Origin: Moniliella sp. 'wahieum'
Taxonomy: Eukaryota
Length of the DNA: 64,000 nucleotides
Assembly (NCBI GenBank): GCA_003971905.1
Contig: RSEE01000001.1
Coordinates: 372,001 to 436,000 of the forward strand
Direction of reading: 5' to 3'
Notes under the pieces: generated by a model
The model's database searches: none
What the model saw: only the letters and a program-made list of their open reading frames with translations
Told to the model about the DNA's origin: nothing
Translations under genes and position numbers: made by a program
Shown: positions 24,728 to 38,427 of the stretch, in pieces
How positions within the stretch are numbered: position 1 is the stretch's first letter
Layout of the letters: each line of letters opens with the position of its first letter

Positions 24728-25699
24728 TGAGGGACACCTCTCACGACCAACCTCTTTCTGCTGCAAGTCTCTGGGCTTTTCTCATCAAACGAAATCAACG
24801 TGGTGAAGGGTGGGGAAATGTCTACACACTCCTTTTTTCGATCTTCCTCCTGACGTTGTCCATCCACAATTCTTTCACATCGGTCATCAGAAATCAAGAG
24901 GAAGAGAATGCTCATCCTGGCGAGGTCTATCGTCTGGGCTACCTTCCCCCATCTTTATCGCGCTCATGTCATCATTCATACGTTTTTTATACCATCTCTG
25001 TTCTGTACATACAAAATGTACTAGGCACATTTTGGTCACGAGATATGGGCTTTTTTGCACTTCTCTCCGCACCGATATACTTTGGTCTCTTCTCTTCTCT
25101 ACTTTTCCGTACCACATGACTACAATATTAGGGCCTGTTTTTGTACCCACGGCTAAAGGCATAACAACACCAGTGCCAACAATGAATGGGCTCTCATTGA
25201 GACGGACTGAATATTTAGTGAGGTAAGTCTGATACAAAGCGCAGGTAATCCACAACATCCTTTCTTAGGGAGTAAGCCTGCTGAAATATAACCTTTTTCC
25301 ATATGATAAGAAGGGGTATATAATAGGGCTATATGCGTAAGACACGAGACATGACCTCATCATGCATCATTGTTGCCAAACACCACGCGGGGTGTCGCAC
25401 GACGGATGGGGGCTGCTGTCCATACGCCCCCAGCAATAACGCTCGTTGCATTCTCAGTACCAAAACAGATTAATGCCTATATATTGGTCACAAAAGACCG
25501 TGTGCGTTTGCAGATTAGACACTATTATACCCTCTATGAGGAGTTGATAGTGGGACTGGGCTCATCCACTCTGGGTTTTGGATAGCTGGGTCACATGCCA
25601 CAATCTGCCTGAAAATGCACACGCCGGTGAGTTAGATAAACAGCCGAAGTGCCGGGCTGCAGAGCTGGCAAAATGGAAAAATGGACGGAAAGAGGATGA

Positions 25700-26232
25700 A
25701 AGAAGGGATTAAATACTGCCCCCAGAAGACAAGAAATTTTAGTGTGACAGTTGCGTGTGGAGCAAGGTGTGGCGGTATAGGCTCTGCGTAATAGTGATGC
25801 TATACGCAGTGGGTTGGTGGGGGGCTCGAAGAGGTCCCTTCTCTCTGTGTGTACACCCAAGCTGGCGGCCTGCTGCCCCAGTCTGGAAGATTGCGGAGCT
25901 GTGACATGGGCCGTGGGCATGTTTTGCTGGCTATGCACTGCTTGGTGTGCCAGTTGCCGATATATGGTCGCCGAGAACCGGTCGACGTAATACGCCAGTA
26001 GTTGCAGCTGAGCTTTTGTGTCCGTGGCGAGTGCGCTGTGTGTGGGTTTTTTGAGAGTTCTTCCACTCAACATCGACCAGAGAGATGTTGGGAGAAGTCG
26101 GCTATAGCAAGAGATGGGAGGTGATCGATGATCAGTGACTCTGCGCTCCGCCTTGTGGAATAAATCCGCGGCGGTTGCTCGGGGTGCCACAGGTACCTCG
26201 GAATGAAAAAACGGGGTGGAGCAGAGTCTCAT
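25700..26232 (-). mobile_element. Possible decayed non-LTR retroelement C-terminal (zf-RVT-like) fragment
   Basis: Lower GC. Frameshifted peptides PFFHSE..TAADLF, PRTQKL..YWRI..YIGNWH..KTCPR loosely resemble the LINE zf-RVT region. Confidence 0.22.
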
Positions 26233-26966
26233 CAGTTACTCAGAAAGTATACGACTGCCTGAATATTGAATTCAATGCACTGGCCCACATTGATCGCAAT
26301 GCATGACGATGACGCGTGAGGCGTGATGGTGCAGAGGCCTGTGGGGCAGCGCTAGCTAAGCGTTATGGAAGCTGCTGTGGCGCCGAAGCTTGCGCCATAT
26401 AAGTGAGGTTCAACGTTCGGCTTGAACCGTTCAGCACGTTCAGCCTGAACGTTCGCTGTTCACGCGTGCACGCCTCACGCGGTCTGAAGACAAGAGATGC
26501 AACCAGCTGGCCGCGGTGGGCATGTGGCAGATCCGGCCCAGTCCGGCGCGTAGGAGTGCAGGGGGGCCCTCGGGACGCTCGAGCGCACGAGACGGACGAG
26601 GGGCCTGGCCTGCCCGGCACCATTATGGGGTTAGTGTGGCCACCGGCTATCGATTATCGCCCAGTTTTCGGTGGTTAGATCCGAGAGGGTTCCTGGTTCC
26701 CAGCTGGTAGGTGCTAGTGCTATTGACAATACATTGCACGTTTCCGAATTACTGGCTCCGATCTGCCACCCCACCGCGTCCCCCCGGCCCAAGTGCAGCA
26801 TTACGCATTACGTACAGGCCGGTCCCCATACGTACCCAGGTAGTCACATACCAACTCCACCACCCACAACCCAGACACACCACCCCCGGCCGAGTGGCTT
26901 TGCCACGGCTATCACCATCACCACCATCACGCCACCACCTCTCCTGCTCGCCCTGCTCTGGCGCCC

Positions 26967-28939
26967 ATGCTCGCCCCATCGCCGCCTCCCCCGCGTGCCG
27001 CACACCGTCCCTCGCTGCCACTAGGCACCCGAACCGGCACCCTCGGCACTCCCACTCCCACCGCCACGCCCACGTCCGCACCACACCCGCCCCCAGCTCT
27101 CCATCGCCGCACCGCGGCCCCGGCGAACACGCATCCAACACTCTGCTTGGCCTCCGCCGCCGCCGCCGCGCTCCGCCACGTCTCGTGCTAGCGCCCGGAA
27201 TTAGCAGTCATGCACCAATTGCGGCGCCCCTGGCCACAGCTGGCGTCTCCCCTTCCTCCTTTGGTCGCCTTGCCACACCCGCCTTCTCCATCGAAGCAGG
27301 GGAGGACGCCGCTCTGGCTCTTTCCACTAGCGCGTATGCTTCCGGGCCCGTACAAATCCTCCCCCGTCTATTTCTTTCTGGCGAGCAAACGGCACATGAC
27401 CCGGCTGTCCTCGCGCGCTGCGGCATCACCACCATCCTCACAGTCGCATGCGAGTGTAAGTTCCCACCCGTCTTGGCGCCAGCCCGCTCTCCCACAGACG
27501 CAACAAATCTTCCAGGCACATCTGGTCTTAATCCACCTTCAGGAGCTTGTGTGCCTTCCCCGCATTCTCCCATAACCCCGCGCAGCCCACACACCCCTCT
27601 CCGTCTCGCCTCGTCCACACCCAATCTACGCGCGTCCCTTGCGCCTTCGGCGACAGGCGGAACATGTCTTCCTGCTGGTACGCGCACAGCTACTCTCCCT
27701 CCTGATCCAGCTTCGTCACGGCCATGGAGCATTCAATGTGTTCTTCTCCCATGGACCCACGATCAACCGGACCTGGCTGCCCCAAGGCGGATTTTCGGCC
27801 GCATGTGGTGTGATTGCTGATGGCCTGGGCTTGTCTGTCGATAGCCAAGGCGTCCTCACCGGTCCGGCCAGCGACGAGTTGGACATGGCACCCGTCTTGC
27901 CTACCGAGCCACCACGCAAGCCGGCTGTACTGGTTCACTGTCAATGTGGTATTTCGCGCTCGGCAACAGCGGTGATTGCCTATGTAATGCAATCGGCCGC
28001 ACTGGGTCATCATCCGGCCCTGCTGGCCTCGCTACGTGGGATGCACGACGCATATACGCGTGTCAAAGATGCTTCACCAGCTATTTCGCCCAATTGCGCC
28101 CTTCTGTACCAGCTGGTCGAGTGGGAGCGCCATCTCGCCGCTTTAACCTCTGTTCTCCGGTGCCAGCGCTCCCATCAGCTCGAGGTCGCGACGCTGTCTC
28201 ACCTCCTACTCCTGGATTTGGGCCGGGGCTCAGCCAGGCCTTCCAAGGCACCCCTACTTCCTCTCCCACCAGCACGTCCCCCGCTAGCATCTACTTCTCG
28301 CCAATGCCTTGGTCTCCGGCTGCCCCCCCACCACTGTCCGCCCAATTAGCGGTTGTGCCCTCGCAGGCTGATGTGGCTTCTATCTCTCCTGCCAAACCCA
28401 CGATGAGCGATGTGCCTTCCTTCAATGCCGACTCGCACTCTGTTCGTTCCCCTTTACCATTTCGTACCTCAACAAGGCCACTGTCTATGCGGTCGCAATG
28501 TCGGACCCTCCCACTACGAAACCACCCCCATTATTCGGGCATTTCAGAAGAGCTTCTTTCCCCCGAACGCGCATCGTCGGAGCGTAGGACAAGTGCCAAT
28601 GCTCTACCTCTTGCATCGCCGGTTACATTTGCGTTTGCCGACTCTCCTGTTGCAAGGGAGCGGGAGCCCGCGGCTGCGGTCCTCCCCCCCCCTCGGGTTG
28701 ACGATCCTCCGCGTGCATTTGGAACGACCTCTTCCTCCCCCTCCCTTCGACGCCAACTGCACCGCCGTACCTTCTCGGCTGAAATGGGTGGATCGCCCCT
28801 GCTGAGTCCACAAGTCCCAATCTTCAATCCAAGCGCGAGCACCCTCACGACCCCTTCCGTGTCTCCCTTGGTGCTCGAAGCCGAACCTCGTTCCGCCCGC
28901 CCGGACCCCCCTTCCCTGCTCGCCCCGGCTGGGCCCTGA
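26967..28939 (+). CDS. Dual-specificity MAPK phosphatase (Msg5/Pmp1/Rok1 type)
   Basis: AYASGPVQILPRLFLSGE, GITTILTVACE, LPWTHDQ, catalytic VLVHCQCGISRSATAVIAYVM, AYTRVKDASPAISPN. Confidence 0.9.
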
Positions 28940-29703
28940 TCCTACACTGGGCCCTGCCTCTCGCTTCTCGTTGTCGCTCTATCAGTGCATTCCCCCTCCC
29001 CCCATGCTAGGCATTGCATTGCCTTTGGTGTACCGATAGTTCTCACTGCCTACACCTGTTCTCTTATCAGACCTCCATCCCTAGTTTTGCTTGGCTGTCC
29101 TTTGGTTTCATTTCTGCAGTTGTTGGTGCCCCCCCCCCCCCCCCTGCCTGTGGTGCTATCCTCACCATTCGTGTCCTACTGCCATTAATATGTTCATAGA
29201 CTAGAATGCTGTGCTAGGCTGCGATGCTTGCATGAAATGCGGAATGCTGTTGTCCCTCATCGTCTGATGCGTCGCCACACATCATTTGGGGTGGATCGTT
29301 TGTGCACGTTTATGGTGTGCTGTATTTTGACTGATACGACATACTGCACTTTAGTACGTTTGCTGGCCCTTCAGGGCTCACGGGGATCCATACACGCGTC
29401 TGGATCTATCAAATAGACAGTTGGTACCTCTGAGCCCAGGTCCGATCCCGTTTCCACATCTGGGAAAAGCCGGACAGGCGGAAGGTACATGGGTGGAAAG
29501 TGCATTGCAGAACACATACCCAATGGTCGGATTTGTGGTATACCACATCATTGTCAGACTGCCCCCGTGCCTGTGAGACGTCGATGTGACAGGGGTTCGA
29601 TTCCACTTTGAGGCAACTTTTTATCAGCCGAATTATGCACAACTCGTCTTTTTCCACGTCAAGCGTCCACCTAGCGACGCCCGTGTCTGGAGTACGCGGC
29701 CAG

Positions 29704-30128
29704 TGACTAGTGACTAGTGACTGCTGATCTACTGGCGGGAGATGTCACTGAATGACCAAACCCGCTCCAATTTCCGGTGGTGCATCCGTGGATCTCGCTC
29801 TTCCCTTTCCCGTTTGTTTTTCCTGGCCGATGCCTCTTGCTTCCCGATCTTGCCGTGGCCTGCAATCACCGTGGTCTCCCTCGTCTCGTCGCGGCTGTTC
29901 CATGTGCTCCAGGAGGTAATCAGTTTGGGCTGCACGTGGCACGTCAAGTGGCCCTTGGGCGAAGGGGAATTGAAAGGTGAAAGGTGAAAGGGGCTGTGTA
30001 TGTGCGGCCGACGATGCAGCAGACAATGCCTGTGGGTGCGTATTAGCTCAGCCTGCGCATGCTGATCATGCATCGCAGGTCGCATGTCACATGTCACATG
30101 TCGCATGCCACATGTCACATGTCACATG
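29704..30128. repeat. Cluster of TGA-NNNN heptamer arrays
   Basis: (TGActag)2 TGActgc TGA at 29704-29727; (TGAaagg)3 at 29971-29991; nine TCA/TCGcatg-type units at 30066-30128. Confidence 0.8.
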
Positions 30129-30526
30129 CGTGGAGCACATCGCAGCGCAGCTCAGGCTGAGCTCAGCGCGAGTGCTGCGCGGATTGCGGCAGTCAGTATC
30201 AGTACCGGTCTTTACTTGGTGCGCTCCTGCGCTCTGGGCCTCTTGGGCGGGCGGGGCGCCACAGACTGGCTCTCTGCCGCCCCAACAGCGCGCCAGTGGA
30301 AGGCGCACCGGCAGGCGCTGCCCCCCCAGCGTAGCACCCGCACCTCACGCAGCCCAGGCCAGGCGATCGTCCAGGCGCGCCTGCTGGATGCCAGCCCGCC
30401 CACACGCCCCTCCCTCCCGCCAGCCCCACCCCGCACCCCCACCCCACCCTCACCCGCATGCCCAGCAGCCCCCCCGCCCCCCTCCCGCCTGCTAGCCCGC
30501 CTCCCCTCTCTTCGTCTGCCCCCGCC

Positions 30527-31832
30527 ATGCGCTTCTCCCTCCTCCCACGCCGCGAGGCGGCCACGTCTCCTTCGCGCGCATCCACAGACGTCTCCTCTCG
30601 CACCAGCTCCAAACCCAGCTCCAACACCAGCTCCACCACACCGCTCCTCCTGCCTCCTCCCCAGCCGAAACGACGCGCTGCGACCACCGCGTGTCTCTCA
30701 GCCTCGGGCCCCTCGCTCAGCCACCCTCTCCCCAACCCCCTCGTCCTTCCCCCACCCCTAGCGCCATCTCCCATCCGTCCCGATCCAACCAATTTGCCCC
30801 CCTTGGATGTCCCCCTGGCCCAAGCACTCGACCAACTCGCCTCTGCTCATGCGGCCGGGGTGTTATCCGCCGATGCCTATCGCACCTTACGCGCCAGTGC
30901 CTTTGCCCGTGCACCGCCCCAGCACCGGCCCCACCCCCTTCTGCCCCCCACCCCCATGCTCTACATGCCGCCACCCTCTGCCCTGGCCCCGCGCCCACCT
31001 CCACTCCCGCTCCGCTGTGCATGCCGCCAGGCTCGACGACCGCTCAGGCCACCGCGGCTCCTTTGTCTCCTCCCCCCAGCCTCTTCCGGGCTCCCTTCCA
31101 TCCAGACTGCGCCCCCTTCGGAAACGGCCAAGCGCCACAGTTCTTGGCGCCGGCTCTTGACCCAGAACACGTCCAACGTTGGTCTGGCAGCACCTGGTCC
31201 CGCCCCGAGGGAGAAGAGCTTCCTTCCGTCTCAGATAGTTCTCCATGGGATGTGGCTAGCACCCAAGTGCGTCCTCCTCCCGACCCAGGGAGCGAGGGGG
31301 AGCGAAGAGGGCGCTCGCTCGCCTTCGCTCTTGCACCCGTTTCGTTCGCCCAGCCGAAGCGGTGCCCCAGCCCGCTCTCATACGCAGGGATGGGGGTCCC
31401 CACCGCCCGCGGAAGCAGTAGTATGCACACTACGTCCCGCGCTTCGCTCTCCAGTGCTCGTTCGAGCATTTTTCCTCTACCGGCTCTGCCCCGCCTGCCC
31501 CAGGTGCCGACTGGGGGTCGGCCTATACCATGGACTTTACCCCCTCTGCCAATGGGCTTCCCACGCCAGATCGGCCGGCGAGTCCACGCAGCGCTGCGCG
31601 TGCGCAGCGTCTCGCCTTGGAAAAACATATTGCCGCGTTGAGCGCGGCGAGGGATGCACTGGGTACCCATTTTGTACCCTCCCCTCCAACCTCCTCTTCA
31701 AGGGAGCCGAATTTGGCTATCTCACCTAGCGCAGGGGCTGCTGCAGTCGAGGCAAAAGTACGGTATGCTCGGATCCGCGAGCTGCGCTCCGAGGTGCGAG
31801 CGATCAAACTGCGGGAACGCGCCTTGCGATGA
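30527..31832 (+). CDS. Hypothetical Pro/Ser-rich protein
   Basis: ATG MRFSLLPRRE, helical segment LAQALDQLASAHAAGVLSADAYRTLRASAF, and a C-terminal coiled coil AVEAKVRYARIRELRSEVRAIKLRERALR*. Confidence 0.55.
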
Positions 31833-32525
31833 TCCGGCCCTGCCTCCCTGATGGGCTGCTACCTTGTTTGGTTTTGTGCGGCCCTTGGATTTTTCCTTTC
31901 TGGCTGGGGTTGCGGTACGAGATGAGAGGGTGGGGGATGTTTGGCCGCGACCCTATGCGATCTGCTTCTCTGTCCTAGCAGCGAGACTTGTGATGAGCCG
32001 GAGATGGCGGATGGAGCCACATGGCTGGATCGCTGTTCAGCTTTGTTGCGTTGGCGTTGGAGCTGGAGGAGCTGGAGCTGGCGCTGGCTGTTATATTGGT
32101 GATGTTGGTTTTTGTCTCCCTATTCTGCCATTCGTTGGCCTGCCCTGCCCTGCCCGCCTGGTGGCCTGGGCACGGGCCAGGCCTGGGCCGCCACGAAAGG
32201 CGAGCCGCGATACCCGTCCCACCTTCGCTGTCCGTGTCTTTTTTTTAATGATCGACCCTCCCACCACCCTTGCTGTAAGCTGTGCCAGGCTGTATGTGCT
32301 GTCGTGCGGTGCCCCGCTGGCGACGGGGGCGTGCTAGTGGCAGGGATTCATTTCACTGGCACCGAGTACCTGAGAATCAGACTCAGTCCTGATTGGCGAC
32401 AAGCGCCTGACCGAGTGCGTGGGCACGTGACCCCGGGTAGGGTGGGACGTGCGCGGCGCGGCACGGCAGCACAGGGCGGCACTGGGGCAGCGGCGGCGAG
32501 GATAGTCGATAGCCTCCCTCCCCGG

Positions 32526-35500
32526 ATGTCCGTCAACCCTTTCAAACGTTCAGGCGCTCACCGTCTACGCTCACCGTCAGCGTTCGCTGGGCGCAGCGCA
32601 GGGGCAGTGTGCTCCCCTGGCGCCACATGCGGCAGGGGGGCAGCCACCACGTGGGCCCGGCGGGTGCGCCCAGTGCGCTCTCCTGCCTGCCCCCCCCGCC
32701 TGGATCCCCCGCGAGCTGACGGCATCAGCCGAGTCGCTCCCTCGCTCGCTCTCCTGCCTGCCCCCACCACCTCCGCTGGCCTGCGCGCGCATGAGTCTGC
32801 CCTCGGAGCTCACCATCACGCTCCCGCCCACCTTCGGCACCAGCTTCTGGCCCGCCAGCGTCGGCGCCCAGGCCAACCCCGACCCCAGCCCCGAAGCCCC
32901 CCTGCCGCCTGGTCCGCCACGCCGTACCGCCTCCCGGTCGAACGCGCCTTTGCCGCCCTCCAGGCCGGGCTCGATCTCAACACCCGCTTTGTCCAGCACG
33001 TCCAGCGCGCCGAGGCTGAGCTATGCCCCACGCCCTCTCGGCCCCCGCCGCACCCACCGTGTTGCCTCCCCTGTCTTCCCGGGCGCTGCGGCGGCTGAGC
33101 GTTTGGTGCCTGGCCCTGCCGCGCTCGCAGCAGAGCGCGTGCCCGGCCTCGCCCACGCCGCTTCCGCCATTGCCTCGGCGCAGACGGCCGCCACCGTGCC
33201 GCTCTCCGTCCAACACGCCGCGGCCGCTAGCGCACTAGATCAGTCCGTCATCACTCCGCTGGCCAAGTGGCGAGGAACATGCGACGCGCATCAAGGCAGA
33301 CCTGGGAGAAACTCGAGACGCAGCTGGACCAGCTCTGTGACAGCGCTGATGCCTTGGAGCGCGTGCGGCAGAACTACTATGCCAAGTGCCGCGCTGCCGA
33401 CGAAGCCGAAGACGATGAGGCTCGGTCTCCCTCCGAACCGGTCCCTCCTGAAGCCGACTTGCCCAACTCCGCCTCCCCCGAGGGCAAGCCTTCCCTCCTC
33501 CCTGACGAGCCTTCGGGCACAGAGGCACCCGTGGAACCCAAGCCTGCCAAACCCCAGCGCCAGGGCACCCTTTCTTCCTTGGTGCACCGTTTGGAGGCAT
33601 CGGCCCAAGCAAACCCTGTGCTGTCCAACCTTCGGCAGGCGGTCGGTCTTGCCGAACCCAGAGCGGTGCGACTGCGCCGGGAAGCCATCCAGCTGGAGAA
33701 CAAGTATCGCAGCGAAGTGGCCCATGTGGATTTGGCCAGGGCCGAGTGGGACCGTGACTGGGCTTTGACACTCGGCAAGATGCAAGGCTGGGAAACCCGC
33801 GCGGGCGGGCGCTCAAGGCAGCTTTGGGCAAGTACGCGTTTGCCCTCGCCGCCCTTTTGCCGTCGGGTACGCCCGCTGCCGTTGAACTGGCCAACTTGCC
33901 TGCCTCGTACTCTTCCACAGCGGATGTTCTGGCCCTGGTCCGGGCCTATGGCTCGGCTCCCTATCTCCCTCACCCCCCGGTCTTTGCGCCTTTCTACCCG
34001 CATGACCCTACTACCCTGGCGGGCTATGGGCACATGGGATTTGGTATGGACCTGGTCCGTTGGACCCGGGGTCGGCCTTGGGCGCGCTCCCTTCCGAATC
34101 AGGGGAAGTGGACTTGGACGAGCTGGCTACGGCGAGCTCGGGTCTGCCCCAGCCGCCAAGGGCGCCCGTGGCTGCTGCACTGCGCTTACGCGGGCGTATG
34201 CTGACCCGACTCGCTGGCCCGTGACGGAGGGTGAGGCGGACTCGATGAGCAGAGAAGGCACGTCAGGCCGAACGTCGTCGGGCGTGGATCTACGATGTGC
34301 CGCTCTCGGCTGTGCATCGGGTCCGGTTTGGTCTGATTGCTGCGCTGAGTCGTGCGCAACCGGATTCGGTCATCTTTGCTCGCGTATTGGACGTTGCCGA
34401 CCCGCCCGTCTTGGCTGCTTGTGTTCGCACATGGGCAGAAGAGCTGGCTGTCCCTTGTGCCTCAGACACTGTGGGACACGGTGTGGTCCGTCTACCGTGC
34501 CGCTTCGGACCAAGCGGACCTGAAACGCAAGGCTCTACCTGACCAGGAGGAGCCGGCTGCGCTGAGTGATGCCGATGCAAAGGAGATCGAAGCAGCGACC
34601 GAATCGGATTTGCGCTCGGTGCTGCTCAAACTGCCCAAGGTGCATATCGCCTGTCTCGATGCGATCATTTCGCCTCTGGCTACGCTATACCAGGCCGACA
34701 AGGGCGCCGACCCTGCTATGCGAAAAGATCGGCATCAGTCTCGGCCGCGCCTTGCTTCGTCCTCCGCAAGAACGAAATGGCACACGTACCGACGCGCCAC
34801 CCGTCGCTGTTGGCGTTGGACTTGATAGTGCGGTACGACCGCACCTTGGCGCCGGTCGTTAAGGAGGCGAAGGAGAGCAAGGATTTCCTGGGCTTTGGCA
34901 GCTCCGAGGCCGATCGCCGTAAGGCTCAACAGGCTCTCAGTCACCCTCGTCGTACGCGGCCTGCTACGCCCCCGCCCTTGGCCCAGCCGGGGAAGCACTT
35001 CGTCCATGCCCCCTGCTGGAGCACACTACTCTCTTCCCCGCTCGCACAGAGTCCGTCGGCGGAACCTGCGTCGCTGCCCAAGGACGAGATGGTTTCTTCC
35101 AAACCTCGAATCCCCAGCTTGCAAACCGATGCGAATGCGCTTCGTCCTCCCTCGAGTGGGGTCAAACGGCAACCGTCGCTGCGCCAGCGAGGTCAGGCTG
35201 CGCTCGACTCGATTGGAGATGCGTGGGCTCAAACGCCCTTGGCGGAACGTGTGCTCGGCTTCTGGTCCGAATCTACCACTCGCGTAGCCGACGGCTGGGC
35301 ATCTCTCCTCTCGCAGGAAGACCAGGAGAGCGACACGGAGACGCTCACGGGTACCGCCCCCCAGACGACCACCTCTTCGGCGCCTCAGACCGAGACCGAG
35401 ACGAGACTGAGGCCGAACTCGGGCGGAGAAGGAGAAGGAACCCGATTCGGGAAACGGGAAGCCGCTGCAGTTCCAGCCGCGGACGCACGGCGACGCAGCC

Positions 35501-36355
35501 GGCCTCGGGGGCGCCCTCGGCAGAGCCCAGGGAGCAACCGACGCCACGGAAGGCCAGGAGCCGTCCCAGGCGACCGAAGCGGATCCTACGGTAGCACCCA
35601 CGACGGCAGCCGCGCAGGGCAAGGAGCCTCAGCTGGACGAGGCCGTGGCTCCGGTGGACTCGGCCGCGTCCCCCGGCCCACCGCCGCGGACGCTCCCACC
35701 CCTTGGTCCCCCCCCATCTCCCTTCAGTCCGTTCGCAGCCCGTTGCCCCGCCCAGCCGCGGTCGCCCACCAAAGCGGGCTCCGCCTCGCCCCCAAACCGG
35801 TGCGCTCCTCGCCCTGGCCAAGAGCCCGTCGCGCACCCTCGCCCAAGAAGGCAGCACGGCCGAGCCCGGGAGTGAGCCCGTCGCTGCCGCGCAGTCCGTC
35901 GCCGAACAAGGAGGTGCGTCGGACCGGGTCGCCCAAGAAGGTGGGCAGCAACGTGGAGCGCCTCAGTCGCCAATTCCTACCGCCCAGCACCAGCACGAGC
36001 AGCACCAGTCCCAGTCCGCGTTCGAGCCTGAGCGGGCCGCGGCCGCGGCCGTCGGGTCGCGCCGGATGCCGTAGAGCGGGAGGAAGTGGAGGATGTGGTG
36101 GAGCGGGACGTGCGGGCCAAGGAGGAAGACGGCCTGTTCCCGTCGGCCCAAGAGGGGCAGGAAGACGAAGCCACGGTTCGACGCTGGTCTGCCGTGCGTC
36201 GGCTGACCGCGCGCGCGGAACATGATTTGCGCCGAAAATCCAGTCGTCGCTCTCGCGCCAGCGGCAGTCGAGCCGCCAGCTCCTATGCGCCCTCGTCTCG
36301 TGCCCTCTCGCCTCCCCCGCCGGATTTGTCCCCGCCAAGTACCCCGTTGCGTTGA
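32526..36355 (+). CDS. F-BAR + RhoGAP domain protein (Rgd2/Rga8-like)
   Basis: LPPTFGTSFW..YRLPVERAFAALQAGL, coiled coil LERVRQNYYAKCRAADEAED, RLRREAIQLENKYRSEV, GFGMDL, VPLSAVHRVR, and LRSVLLKLPKVHIACLDAII (RhoGAP end). Confidence 0.8.
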
Positions 36356-36728
36356 AGGAAGGCGGGGGGGGGGCGAGGGTGGGCTGCAGCGGTTAGGTCC
36401 AATTTATGCTAGCGTTCGGTTCGGATCCTGTGTTTGCGCCTTGTATAGCTCGCGGTATTGGGCTGCTGCAGTTGGCGCTGGGCTGGCTGGCTAGGCGGGG
36501 AACAAGGCTTCTAGTTAGGGCTGTGGGGGGAGGTGGGAAGTGAGAAGTGAGAGGTGAGAGGGAAATGAATGGGATTGCAAGAGACGCTTTACGTGACATG
36601 ACCAAGCAAAGCCTATCTCAAGGGAGCCCATTGAATATTGATGGATGATTGATCGCTCGAAGGGGAAGTTAGGCCGTTGAGTACGGCATGCGTACTGCGA
36701 GAGGGAATGGCAATCCAAGGCAGACGGC

Positions 36729-37657
36729 TTAGGCTTTGGTGAAGATGGCGACATCGTGCGGGAAGAGATCGGCATCGGTTTCGGTGGTGGGGTGACCAGC
36801 CACGACGTGCGACCAGCCGGTAGCTTGGCCTGCCGTAGCAAGTGCCGGTCGGCCCAGCGTGCATCCTCCCACACACGGTTTCCACACCACATTCCATGCC
36901 TGTTGGACTTTTTGCGTGAGCGCGCTGCTCGAGCGCGCATGCTCAAACAGGATCAGCTTGCCCCCGGCTTGAGCAGCCGTGCGACCGAGGCCAAGATCGG
37001 TTTCGGATCCGGCACCGAGCACAGCACTTGCACGCACACCACCGTATCCAGCGTCCCGTCCGTCAAGCCGGCCTTGGTCAGCGCCTCGTGGTCCTCGGCG
37101 GAAAAGGGCAGGATGTGCGCTTTGGCTTGCAAGCCTTGGCCTTGGGGCGTCAGCGACGCCGCGCGCAGCGACGCGCGCAACCCATCGTGCAGATCCACAA
37201 ACGGTTCCAGCAGGTACAACTCGCTGACCTCGGACGAAGCGTAGTAGGCAATCGTCTTGCCGTCGCCGGCGCCCAGCTCCAGGACGCGGCCCTTGGCGTA
37301 CGCGACCAAGGGCCGCTTCACGTGCGCCCAGTTCTCATCGCTGCCAGCCAACAGGACAGGCAAGCCAGCGGCCAGGATCAAGCTGTGCCACCGGTAGGGA
37401 TTGAGCAGCGTGCTGGCGACACCAACCAATTTATCGGAGAGCGGAGCAGAAGAACGGAGCAGAGTCCCAACCTGCTCCACCTGCGCTACCACCGCCGAGC
37501 GCACGCCCCACACAAACAGGCTCACCAGCGAATCGATCGGCGAGACAAGCCACTGGACCAGCGTGGTGGCCAGGGAGGCGCGGCACGCGGGCTCGACCGT
37601 CAGCCCGAGCTGCTGCAGCACCGCGGCGTCGGACAGGGGGCTGGACGACGCGGACAT
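36729..37657 (-). CDS. SAM-dependent methyltransferase (METTL7/TMT1-like)
   Basis: AKGRVLELGAGDG, DTVVCVQVLCSVPDP, RLLKPGG-KLILFEH, WKPCVGGCTLGRP. Confidence 0.88.
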
Positions 37658-38427
37658 GGAGTTGGAAAGGAGGGAGGAAGCAGGTTGAGGTTGAGGGCCG
37701 TGCCAGACCAGCCAGTAGGATCACTGATCAGCCGGTGACCAATCATCGATCGCCTCGGTTGCGCCCATCGGATTTACAGAGACGGAGGCCAGGGTACTTG
37801 TTACATGCGGGCGGTCAATGTGTAAACTCCTCCACCATCAGTCCTCTAGCATCGTTGGAAGCATTGCCTACCCTCGCCACCAACAACAGCAAAGCCATCC
37901 ACGCTACGGCTACGTAGTTCCCCTCCAAACCCATCCCTGCCTCCTGCAGCCATGAATCCATTTGAATCCAGTCGGAAGCGGGGTACGCGTAAGTCCAAGA
38001 TACGAAGCGTCAACAACAGAATTACAGATAGGACGGGGGACTAGAGAGGGATAAGGCATGGGATCCAAACGCGGGCGGTCATTCGGGCGGTTTAGGAGGC
38101 GCCTCTTCTTCTTCGGGGGGGTACTCCGCCGAGTCGGGGGGCGCTAATCGGGCAGACCAACGCAAACAAACCAAACCCAAGCCGAACAAACAAACAAACA
38201 CAGAAGCAAACAATAGGGGTTAGTCTCGTTCCCATCACCTTCTCCTTTCCTTCCACACCGTCCCAGCTAGTACCAAACCGACGGTACCATCCCTCCACCA
38301 AGCGAGGAAGAAGCCAAAACCAAAGGGGGGAAGGTAAAAGGAGAAGAAGAAAAAGGAGTCAAGGGCCAGAGGGGGAAGAAAAGGACAGGACGTACGAAAC
38401 GGAGTGATCCAATTGGTCAGTTGATCG

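Noticed and set aside
24887..25258. AT-rich ORF vaguely like a copia protease region (FIVGTGVVMPLAVG)
   Set aside because: No DSG/DTG catalytic motif; similarity too weak to call.
29540..29615. GGTTCGATTCC T-loop/B-box-like sequence suggesting a tRNA
   Set aside because: The T-stem is mismatched and no D-arm, anticodon arm or acceptor stem can be formed.
29704..30128. Heptamer arrays as CRISPR or telomeric repeats
   Set aside because: Eukaryotic context, no repeat-spacer architecture and no TTAGGG arrays.
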